From Lytechinus pictus (lineage: Eukaryota): a stretch of DNA of 64,000 nt. Each line of letters begins with the position of its first letter. Position 1 is the first letter of the stretch. The translations under genes and the position numbers were made by a program. Location of the stretch: NCBI RefSeq assembly GCF_037042905.1, contig NC_087250.1:24368001-24432000 (forward strand). Reading direction: 5' to 3'. The notes under the pieces were generated by a model. That model saw only the letters and a list, made by a program, of their open reading frames with translations, did not search any database and was not told the DNA's origin. Shown piece after piece: positions 1 through 11,076 of the stretch.

Positions 1-309
1 ACATGTAATTCCATTATTCTAACATTTTGTGGTTCGAGCAAAGGGGCACTAATATTATCGAATTCGTAAAAATTGAAATATTGTATTATTCAAACAAAAA
101 CAAAAGAAATAGTGAGTGAGTGACATCATCGTCTCTCTCATTTGCATATCACCGAGTTGAGTATAGAACTGTTTTGTGAAAAATAAGCCAAATTTTAAAA
201 TGTCGTAACTCTCTTATTTTACATCCGGTTTTGATGAAATTTTCACCATTATTCAAGTTTGATTTGTCTCTATTTATTCAAATCATTTTTTCTGGGGTGG
301 ACTTGACCT
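1..309. mobile_element. Right part of a Kolobok-like non-autonomous DNA transposon
   Basis: Ends GGGGTGGACTTGACCT followed by TTAA; same family as 2899-3286 and 4146-4748. Confidence 0.7.
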
Positions 310-1295
310 TTAATGACTTTGACATTATTTTCCTGCTATATATTACTGTCATGCGAACAAAAGAAGCAATTCTGTGGAACAAGTTTATGAGGAAATGTGT
401 AAAATTGTCATTGTCATTTTACATGTGGAAATATAGAATTTCTTGCTTTTTAAGTGACTCCATTTAGGAAACTTGGGGCCATGTGACTTCAATTAAACTG
501 GCATCATGAAGAAATTACATAATTAACCCAAATCAAGGGGAGTGTCAATTTTGAAGGATATAAAGTTGCTACCCTCTTTCCATATACATGTATACCCAGT
601 AGGTATATTCAAGAAGACATCGTGGCCTCGGAGGAAACTTTCGAGAGCTTTGTTCTGTTGGATCTTCAAAGTCGTTGTTCCCAACTGTTTGGACATATGC
701 AGGATGGAATCTCTGATAGAATGACGTTAATTACCCGTCGCCATCACACCATATATGAAAAAAACGAAGATATATGTGATCAAGACTTGTCTGATTTGGT
801 AAACACGCAAGAAACTGAATTTGGAAACCGCGCGCTGTATAATTATGTATAGGCCTACAGTACACAATACAACCAGGGAGTTGGGAGTCTCCCTGATACA
901 ACATCACGGCAGACGGTACAGTACACAAGTCTATGGCTAATGTTGTGCTGATTTGTGCGATCCGATTGATTATGTGTGTGTGTGTATTGTATATGTAATC
1001 TATATACGATAGTCTACGCTCAAAAACCTTATTGTAGGTATCAGGGGAAACATACACGATCCGATTCATTTATGATGTTTTTGTGTGTTTAATTTGATTT
1101 CTTTTATAAATTATTTACAACAAAAAGTCCTTTCTTAGGTAATTAATATTCATTTTATCGGTAGATCACACCATATTTCTCAACCCAGTAATCTTCCCTG
1201 CTGTTAACAAAGACTAGCGGCTGAACGGGAGGCGTGTCCACTTTTAACGACTTTCCCTCAAAAATCTGAGGGAGTGACGTCACCGCTGAGCAACT

Positions 1296-1420
1296 GTTCT
1301 AGACGATATTTTTCTCGGAGTACAGGTTCTCGGTTTTGCGCGCACACTCGGCGGGGCGTACGCACGGAATAGAACGTATATATCGGTGAAAACAAATTCG
1401 TTTAATATCGTCTAGAACTA
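1296..1420. mobile_element. Short MITE with about 16-bp TIR (possibly Academ-like)
   Basis: TGTTCTAGACGATATT ... AATATCGTCTAGAACTA inverted termini. Confidence 0.5.
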
Positions 1421-1474
1421 GACTAGTTCCACACACGTGTGAGCACTGCAGTGCGTGGGCGGAAGTGGTGACTT

Positions 1475-1952
1475 TTGTCATTCATGCTAATCCTAGCGGG
1501 AATGATAACTGACAGCATTTCCGGTCATCGCTGGTTTTGCGCGCCCAATTTTGTGTGTTGTCACCCACGTCCGCATAAGTGGATGTCATGTGACTTTTCT
1601 AACCAATCAGAGACATGTACCCTGCGAGATACCGTGCATACGGCACTTCGACAGAGTATATAAGGCCTGCTTTTACAAACTTTGCTCATTCTCTGACAGG
1701 TCAGACTAGTCTATAACGCCGAGGACATTGATGCGGGAATTAAGCAACTAACTCGGAAACGACCTGGCGCAGATAATCTACCAGATTGAAGAGCGCCAAC
1801 TTAACTCCAACACCAACCAACCAACCTTTGCTCATTCTCCTGAGGACGACAAGAACACAGTTGTCGAAACGTCGAGATTGGGTGGTCCTTTTCAGGACCA
1901 ACATCTGCCCAAGAAAGATACATGGTGTACCGTGAAACCTACTACACTATGA
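1475..1952 (+). mobile_element. Penelope-like element pseudo-LTR (solo, no ORF)
   Basis: CCAAT box near 1602, TATATAA near 1657, hammerhead motif at 1831-1882, and a CCGTGAAACCTAC 3' end resembling PLE pLTR ends. Boundaries approximate. Confidence 0.55.
1831..1882 (+). ncRNA. Minimal type I hammerhead ribozyme
   Basis: Stem I CTCATTCTC/GAGATTGGG; core CTGAGGA(C); stem II GACAA-GAACACAG-TTGTC; GAAA; palindromic ACGT stem III; GTC cleavage triplet (cut after 1873). Confidence 0.8.
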
Positions 1953-2898
1953 CATCATATATGATGAGAAATTACATATTTCTTTACGAATCATGTTTTC
2001 AGACACTGAGTAGTCCACTCATAACTCACAGTCAAATGTTTTTGTGGAGCTCATTTTTCCCCATTCAATTTGTATGTAAAAGAGTATACAGGGATCCATG
2101 GGAGCTATTTTGAATATCAAGAAAAGAGATATTTTGTCTAAAAAATGTTTTCAGACAGTATTTTACTCCTGCAGGACTATTACAGGCTTTTTATAGTAAT
2201 AATTTTGTAGAAATAGTCTGCTTCGGCATATGGAATAAAATAATCACAAATGATTTATTAAATGCCGTAGAAATAAAATTTTAGATTTTAAAAGGAGTGT
2301 AGCTCTCAAAAATGAAAGGTAATGTCACACTCTTCGTCAGTGCCCATGATGTGACAAAAAAAAAGAGTTCAAAATCCGTTTCTGAAACAGTCGTGAAAGG
2401 ATGCTAATACATCAAGAAAGCATTGAGACATAGTATGGTCTTTGTTTCATCAGGTTTAATACGAGCTTTAATCTGGCCATCGGGGCTAGTTTCTTCAGGT
2501 ATCAATTTAAGAGTAAATGCTTGACCAAACAGGTGATTTATGTGTACAAGTGAATGTAAATAAGTCGGAGGACCAGGCTACGTGCCAATGCTTTCTTGCT
2601 GCATTACCATCTTTTCAATATTTCTGACACAAAAAGCACCCACGCAATTTTGAGGTCCTTGCTCTTCACATTTGTATACATACACTGTAATTTCAAAAAC
2701 GCTGTTTACCATGTGAATCGCACAGTAGTTGTTTTAAACATTGAAAACAAGTGTTTGAAATATTAAACTACAAAGTTTAACTTCAAATATTTAAAAATAA
2801 ATAATTTGAGCATGGTTGTTTAAGATTTTATTTAATCGGGATGTTTAAACCGTTTAAACAGCTACTGTGCGATTCGCATAGTAAACAGCGTTGTTTAA

Positions 2899-3286
2899 AG
2901 GACAAGTCCACCCCAACAAAAAGTTGATTTGAATAAAAAAAGAAAAATCGAACAACTATAACACTGAAAATTTCATCAAAATCGGATGTAAAATAAGAAG
3001 GTTATGACATTTTATAGTTTCGCTTAATTTCACTAAACAGTTAAATGCACATCCTGGTCGGTATGCAAATGAGGAGAGGGATGGTGTCATCCACTCACTA
3101 TTTCTTATGTATTTTATTACATGAAATATGAAATATTATAATTTTCTCATTGTCAAGTGAAACAACTCCCTGAACATGTGGAATCAGCATTGTTTAATAC
3201 TATATGGTTCAGTCAACTTGGTTCGTACTGTCAAATATGTAAAAATGAAATATTGTTTTATTCAAACAATAAAAACAATAGAAATA
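2899..3286. mobile_element. Truncated Kolobok-like MITE inserted at TTAA next to a palindromic CACTG-type MITE (about 2683-2898)
   Basis: TTAA|AGGACAAGTCCACCCCAAC start; homologous to 4146-4748. Confidence 0.7.
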
Positions 3287-3343
3287 CTCCGATCAGTACT
3301 TCATTAATCAGCACAGCTCCGCTGTATTTCTCCCAGTTTGTGA

Positions 3344-3601
<258 letters not shown>

Positions 3602-3630
3602 AAGAGGAAGTTGGTCTAGTAGATTGTATG

Positions 3631-4118
3631 CCAGAGGGGGGGGGGGGGCAGTCAAATGTATTGTTGTACACACGTGTGACCAAATTATTTCCAAACACCC
3701 CCTAAACGAGTGTTTCTCTGTGTGCAAAATAACCCCTTAAACAAGTTTTTCGCTGGTTTCTTTCACACAAGTTGTCACCAGAATATGACCCGGTCTGAAC
3801 AAGTTTTGTCTACTTGCTAACAATAAGCTATAGACAAAACTATTTTCATGGGTATAGAATACCCCCCAGTAGAGGGTTAAAATCCAACAATCGGGAAGAA
3901 CCCAAGCACTTTTCAGAAACGAGGAGAAATTAAAAAGCCCTGGGGTAAGAGCCTGGGGAAAAACATACCCTAAACACGTTTAACTAGTCTTTAAAAAAAA
4001 GCTTTGGAAAAAATACACTTAATACATTTGAACCCCGTGATTGACCAGTCTTTCAAAAACACCCCTTTTTGGTCACGCGTGTGTACAGCAATAGACTGCA
4101 CCCCCCCCCCTACCCGGG
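3631..4118. mobile_element. MITE with G-run/CCCGGG termini immediately after the calponin stop codon
   Basis: TATTGTTGTACACACGTGTGACCAAA ... TTTGGTCACGCGTGTGTACAGCAATA inverted repeats. Confidence 0.6.
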
Positions 4119-4145
4119 ATTGTAGGACCATGTTCATATATTTAA

Positions 4146-4748
4146 AGGACAAGTCCACCCCAACAAAAACTTCATTTGAATAAAAAGAGAAAAATTCAAC
4201 AAGCATAACACTGAAAATTTCATCAAAATCGGATGTAAAATAAGAAAGTTATGGCATTTTAAACTTTCGCTTCATTTCACAAAACAGTTATTTGCACATC
4301 TCGGTCGGTATGCAAATGAGGAACTGATGACATCACTCATTCACTATTTCTTTTGTATTTTATTATATGAAATATGAAATATTTTTATTTTCTCGTCATT
4401 GTCATGTGAAATGAAGTTTCATTCCTCCCTGAACACATGGAATTTCATTATTTTAACATTTTGTGCTTCAGGCAAGGAGGTCCTAATCGTCAAATTCGTA
4501 AAAATTGAAATATTGTATAATTCAAACAATAAAAAAACAAAAGAAATAATGAGTGAGTGACATCATCGACTCTCTCATTTGGATGTAACTGGCTCGTTCA
4601 TATAACTATTTTGTGAAAAATAAGCGAAACTTTGAAATGTCATAACTTTCTTATTTTATATCCGATTTTGATGGAATTTTCAGCATTGTGCTTGTCTGAT
4701 TTTCCTCTATAGATTTAAATCAACATTTTTATGAGGTGGACTTGACCT
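4146..4748. mobile_element. Full-length Kolobok-like MITE
   Basis: TIR AGGACAAGTCCACC / GGTGGACTTGACCT; TTAA left flank and TCAA right flank. Confidence 0.75.
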
Positions 4749-4893
4749 TCAAATTCGGATAAAATTAAACAAACGCATTGCACCAGCTGGTCACGACAGG
4801 GGGTGTGAGGAAACGACTTTCTTGCATACAAGGCTTTGGTTTAAAAAAGAGAGAGAAAAAAACAAAAGTTAGATGGGAAAGACCCTATCGGAA

Positions 4894-5066
4894 TACCTCA
4901 GTCACGTTTGCTCTACGGCGGCCGTACGGCCAGTCGAAAACAGCCGTTTTAATATTTTTTTATTTGCAATCGCTATTTAGGCTGATAGGTGGTTTGAATA
5001 AAAATGAATAAAACGGCCGCTTCCGACTCGCCGTACGGCCGCCGGAGAGCAAATGTGACTGAGGTA
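4894..5066. mobile_element. Palindromic MITE
   Basis: TACCTCAGTCACGTTTGCTCTACGGCGGCCGTACGGC ... GCCGTACGGCCGCCGGAGAGCAAATGTGACTGAGGTA; a related left end is at about 8589. Confidence 0.75.
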
Positions 5067-5670
5067 TAAATGTCACTAAAACAGTCCTATTCGTATTCGA
5101 CCGGTTAATGGTATTGTGTTAGATCTCTTAAATTATTAAAAGCAAGATTTTAAAACACCTTTGTCTCTTTACACTGACTATTTATGAATGCGTGTTAGTG
5201 AGGACCGCCTATCCCATTAGCTGTTGGACATTACAAATTATATGCTATTGGGATAATGGTAATTTTAATAATAAATTAATAATGTTCAAAATTATTCTTG
5301 TAGAGCACATATCACTATACTAGGCACTTGGTGACTTGGATGTTATTATGTACAACAGTTATCTAGTCTTATTAGTTTCAAACTGTTGACAATTTTGTAT
5401 GAGTTTTTAATTGATTTTCTTGTCATCTTTACTTAAAGGTAAAACAAATATATACTATGCTTTAAGTGCCTTTGAAGCGAAGAGCTAGCAAAATGGCTTT
5501 GTGTAAAGGGCAGTACTGCATATAATCATGACTTATCTAATTAGTTATCATTTATATTTTGTATATGTTATATTAGGTGGAGGCCATTATTTCTGATAAT
5601 TTGAATAATTATTTGAATAAAAAAGAAAATGAAGAAAATGGTGTATTACAAAGTTGACGATGGCAGATTA

Positions 5671-6060
5671 CACTGCAAAAAACACCGTTGTTGATTTAAC
5701 ACCAGCCTGGTATATGTAAAAAAAACACCAGTTAAGAATCAAACCGATATTGGTTTGACTCTGATGAGTGTTGATTAAATGCCTATCTGGGGCCCGTTGC
5801 ATAAAACTTTTTACCTGAGAAAACTCAGGTTGTTTTACCAGAGTTTTTGCCCTGTGTTAAAGTCAATGGCAGAAAGCAGACTAACCTTAGTTTTCAGTTT
5901 TACCACAGTTTTCTCAGGTAAAATTTTTTATGCAACAGGCCCCTGGTGTTAGGCTAAAGCCGAAGTGGTGACGTTTCAACACCTCTTTCAACACTTCTCT
6001 GGTGTTTTCCGATAAAGATACCGAGCTGGTGTTAAATTAACACCGTTTTCTTTTGCAGTG
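5671..6060. mobile_element. CACTG-terminated (CMC/EnSpm-like) MITE containing a nested Harbinger-like MITE at 5790-5942
   Basis: CACTGCAAAA...TTTTGCAGTG outer TIR; inner GGGCCCGTTGCATAAAA...TTTTATGCAACAGGCCC flanked by a 3-bp CTG duplication. Confidence 0.7.
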
Positions 6061-7423
6061 TGTATCTTGTGACTCTACAAGCATCGGATAGAGCAGTATA
6101 GTGGTTATAATAAGCATGCATGATCAGCAACGATACACTGGGAATTTTACATGTAACATAGTTTAGCACCTTTCTGAACTGAAATGTGTATAGGTTGCAC
6201 ATAGCTCCAAGACGAGAATGGTACAAAGTTAAACCCTTTTACCAGAGCTTGGTGTGAAATCCCGCCAATATGAGGGACAATATCTTGGCACTTAACATCG
6301 GTGTTACATATCTAGATATCGTGTCGGACATTTTTGTATTTATGTATGCAGGGCCTTTAAGAAAAACAGTGTTCAAAATCAGTGTGTAAATCAGACAAAA
6401 CGATGATAATATTTCAAAAAGGTTGGGACGTTCGGGTATTTTTAAAAACTACACTGCTTCACTACCCAAAATATAAATGCATACATGAAAAAAAAATGAA
6501 TGTATATTTCTTCGGGAAAAAAATCATGCGTATTTTCATATTTTGAAAAAAAAAAACACACACCAAAGATTACTGGATCACAACCTTATGTTCAAACTTA
6601 GATTTCATGTATGGGTTCCAAGATATTCGGGCTGAAGGCAGTTATACGTCAATTATAATAGTTGTTTCGTAAGGCAGTGTTGTATTTCATGATAAAATAT
6701 ATATTATGTCGAGTGAGTAATTTGGAAAGTGTATGTTTTCTTTTGGCTTGTTATAAAAGGCCGTGTAAGCTGTGCGTTTCTGGTAAATTTCTATGTATGG
6801 GCAGCTGTAATGTGAAAAAAATTAAACCGCCTGGTATTAAAGAGAGTGTAAGCTCGCCAGGCGGCTAATTTATCCTACGGTTTCTTTCACAGTACAAAGC
6901 TAAACGAAATTACACAAGTGATAGAGATCCATAAAAAGATACTGGATTAAATATTGAAACAGATTTGAATCATCAGAGTGATATCAGATAATACAGGTAG
7001 TACGATGAAAAATGTTTAAAAGAAGGGGATAGAGGCAAAGAGAAAGAAAGAAAGGAGAAATAAAAAAAAAAGACGGGGGAAGAGAGAGAGAGAGGGGGGA
7101 TTACAAACAAATGAGCGGTTCAGGGCCCATTGGATGTTGACCGGGCGCCGATTGAATGTTTAAATTAAGGGGGCCAAATTGATGTTTGAAATAGGGGGCG
7201 CCAAATTGATGATCGAATGGGAGGAGGCGCGAAATTGTTCGAACTGGGGGGCGCCAAAATGCGAGTGGATTAAAGTATCCCGTTTTTACGATATTGTACA
7301 AAAAACAATGTGAATCAGAGCTTAAACAAAAAATCCTTAAGTCAGTAAAACGTTTTTGCTCGCGCTTTGGGGGTTACATAATGTTTCTTTTATTTTATCA
7401 AAAAGACGGTTAAAATTGGGACA

Positions 7424-7510
7424 TCCCGATAGTCCGCGGGTCCGTTAGTCCGCAGGTCCGATAGTCCGCAGGTCCGATAGTCCGCGGGTCCGTTAGTGCG
7501 CGGGTCCGAT
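7424..7510 (+). repeat. 16-bp minisatellite (CCGATAGTCCGCGGGT), about 5 copies
   Basis: Directly visible tandem units; one more unit at about 7582 after a short interrupting fragment. Confidence 0.8.
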
Positions 7511-10500
7511 AATAATAATCAAAGGTTTATATAGCGCACATATCTGTCGATGACACTCAAGGCGCACAATTAACAACTAGTCCGATAGTCCGCAGTGTGT
7601 GTAAAATTATGATCAGATATATCAAATGCTATCGAGAGGTCCAAAGATCAAATGATACGAGACCATGGCGTTCTATCAGGTGCAGATCCATGGGGGGGGG
7701 GGGGGGGGGGGCGAGGGGCCTTACCTTATATAGAGATATGCCTATTTCCTTTAAGAATGGGTTGGGTTTACTGCGGAAAGCCATCAGCATGGTAATTTGT
7801 TAATTCGTCTATTGCCAATTAGTCCACACAACATATGCCATGTTGGTCTACCCTCATTTAGTCTAATTCCATTCCGTCCTTCAACATTTCGTCAAACAAT
7901 TTGGTCCAATAATCACCAATTCGACTATGATCATTTCGCCTCATAACCAATTGGCCTAATACCCACTCTCTTTTCATTCATTTGTTTGCCCAAATTAGAT
8001 CAACTGGTAATTGTACTGAATGGCTAAATAAGACGAAATTGTGAATGGACGAAATGGCAATTACACTGTTAGAAAATTTGTCCTTAAAATAAAAAGGGTT
8101 CCTGCAGCAGTCTCGAGAACGCCTGTAATCTTATACCAGATTGCGTAATCTTACAGGAAATTGGTATTTGGTGTATGGAACCTTTCAAATTTCCTTTAAT
8201 AAAACACCCTTTTCCCCTTTTTAAACAGGCCTGTTCTGTTAAATTGCAGAAAAATTCCTGTTTTATGAATTTACAGAATGATTCTGTTATTGCTTTTTGC
8301 AAAATCTTCTTTCTTTTTTTCCCTGTAAAATCAGGGTTTTTTTTTAACAGTGTAGACCATGTGTAAAGTGGACGAACTGATAGTAGACCAAATGATAGTT
8401 GTCGATCGAGTTAATAATTGGACGAATTGGCATTATACCAATTGAAAATAAACCGTCAGGAATACCCCTCCTACCACCATGATCTCAAACTTAGAGCCGC
8501 TAGAAAAATGTATTTGGGAATTAAATCTAACATAACAATCACCTAAATTTTAAGGTTTCGTGATATTAATGATAATTTTCACGTTGCTATACCTCGGTCA
8601 CATTTGCTACGGCCGCGTCACGTACGTGCAATCGCCGCTGGCTAACGTCAGCTTAATGGACGACGCCATACTGCAAGATTTGGCCCGCGCCCTCACCGGC
8701 TAACGCTCGAACGCCATTCATCCATACACTAATTCCTCTTGATTACCGTTGATAAAAACCTCGTTCAAATCTTTTCCAGAGTTCCTATGAATTAGCGATG
8801 GATGTTTTTCCGTTAATCAAATATCCTTTATTATACCAATATTTTTGTTATATTTATAACATTTTTATTTTAATCACAATTTCAGTCCAAACGCGGGTCT
8901 GTTTTTGTGGACCCACGTTGTTTGTGCATGCCCACGTATGGCCTTACGCGTATTGAAAGGAATGATGTTGGGTCGAAAAACAGAATTGTTGTTATTGTTT
9001 GTTCCGTGTTTGTTGGGGATGAAACTATGATGGCGACCAGTCACGTTTGAATGTACCGCCAGATAGTTAAGATTAATTAATTAAGGTCAAGGTGAGATAA
9101 GAGAAATGAGCAAGGGGCTTTGTGGTGGGGGGGGGGGGGGGAGTTAAGATGGCGAGTGGGGGGGGGGAGTTAAGAGGGCCGAGTGGGGATACAGTTTCAT
9201 CATGCAGTACAGGGCGTCGATGAACACCTTAATAATTTTTTTCTTCAAAATATGGAAAGTGACAGAATAATCAGAAAAAGGTTGATTGGTTCTGATTTTG
9301 AAAAAAACAAAAAAACAATTCAAACAGAATTAATCAAGATTGCTGTTATTCTTCATGGTTGTAGAATTTAATTTAGTTTCTCTGATAAGTTCTTTCAAAC
9401 AACTCAAATTTTGATTAATCGTATTTGATTTATTTCACTCTTTTCTTTCACCCCGTTTTTTTTTCTTCCAAAAAATCAGGGAGCTGAAAAAGATGAGAGC
9501 TAGAACCTTAAGATATGGGGTAGCTATGACGTTGGAGAGGGCGCAGCCCCGCAGATCCAGATCGATTTTCATAGGGGACACTTAGAGTAGCCCCTATTTC
9601 TTCAATATTTTTTACAAGCAAAAAAAAAGAGTCAATGAAGACATCATGCCACCGACACAGCTGCCTCGTCAAAGGGGGGCGGTCGATTATTTTGAGCATT
9701 TTTTTCTTCATTTTGTCCTCAATAGGGGAGCTAGGGGGGGGGGGTCAATTAATTCTATATACACTTATATTGTGTTTATATATGGGGGGGGGGAGGTCTG
9801 CTACTGAGCATATTTTTAAAAGGGCTTAATATAACAGAAATTGTATGATTTTAACACAATAAAATGTATCATGGAGGTTAATACTAAATCAATACATAAT
9901 TAATGATAATTGTTTTAATTGAAAATGAAAATAATAAAGGCACCCATAGATCTTAACATCTCATAAATACAGACCTAAACCTATATTGGAAGTTGAACAG
10001 GCATAAAGTATGTTTAGCTGTAGCTGATGCTTTGATCCCGCAACCAAATAATGTTAGCTTAAAGTAGCTGTTATATCAGTGGCGTAACGAGCGAAAAAAA
10101 ATTGAGGGTTACCGGTATACGATATATGGCATATCAGGCAAAATTTATAAAAGTATATAGTTGCAAGCAAGCGACATGAGCATAATTTAGACGTTTTTGT
10201 TACAAAAATCCAATTAAACAATTTCGCAAGATTCTCTTTCCTTTTCCTTTTTTTTATCTTGTTCGTGAATTGGGGGCATGCAAGACCCCCCCCCCCCCAC
10301 CCCCTAACAGCACCACTCTTTGCATTGTTATGTCACTGTCTAAAATTGGATTTCAACTTTGAGAATTTGAATTTCTAATCCAAAGGGATAAGACAAAAAT
10401 ATTTGCAGATTACTTATTTCAAAGTATTTTTACCTAACTCCCCAACTCTGCTCTAGCTGCACTGCACGTTGCCCAACGGCCTTCCACCAAAGGGCCAGGC

Positions 10501-10699
10501 CGACTCGCCCCGTGAGCAAGTGACCGCGTTCGCGTAAGTTCACCCGAAGCCATGACTAAATTCTGACCATAAACATCACCTAACTAATCACTCTCTGACG
10601 ATATTTAAAAGTATCTTTTATTACAGTCGATCCTTTGGGCCATTAAACAATAATATTTCCAATGTTATCATGACAAACAATTTTAATGAGATAGTGGCA

Positions 10700-11076
10700 T
10701 TGTAGAAAAAACTAATTTATAAGTACGAAACACTCATCCTTCAAATCCCGAGGTCATTCTCAAAAACTCATGATTCCATTTGCAAATACGGAATGTTACA
10801 AAAATTCCTTCTTTCCTGCCACTGCCAGGTTATGGAATTCCCTACATCAGGACGTCGTAGACAGCACCTCAGCAAACATATTCAAGAGTGAGGTGCAACA
10901 TGTCAGACTATGTTAGTCTGCATTTGTTTGTAGATATGTAAATATTATATATATGTTGGCTTTTTTTACCACAACTTCAACGGTGGATACTCAGCACTCA
11001 GCATTCAAGTCCACAATACAGTACGACAATACACCAAAGGTGGTATGTACTTATATAGGAAGAAGAAGAAGAAGAA
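10700..11076 (+). mobile_element. 3' end of an L2/CR1-group LINE with a (GAA)n tail
   Basis: Translates RGHSQKLMIPFANTECYKNSFFPATARLWNSL...IFKS, a typical RT C-terminus, then a 3' UTR and (GAA)6. Confidence 0.75.

Noticed and set aside
1370..1400. GIY-YIG endonuclease remnant (YIGE-like codons)
   Set aside because: Lies inside a short TIR element with no extended reading frame.
7424..7510. CRISPR-like repeat array
   Set aside because: Contiguous 16-bp units with no unique spacers, in a eukaryotic context with no cas genes.
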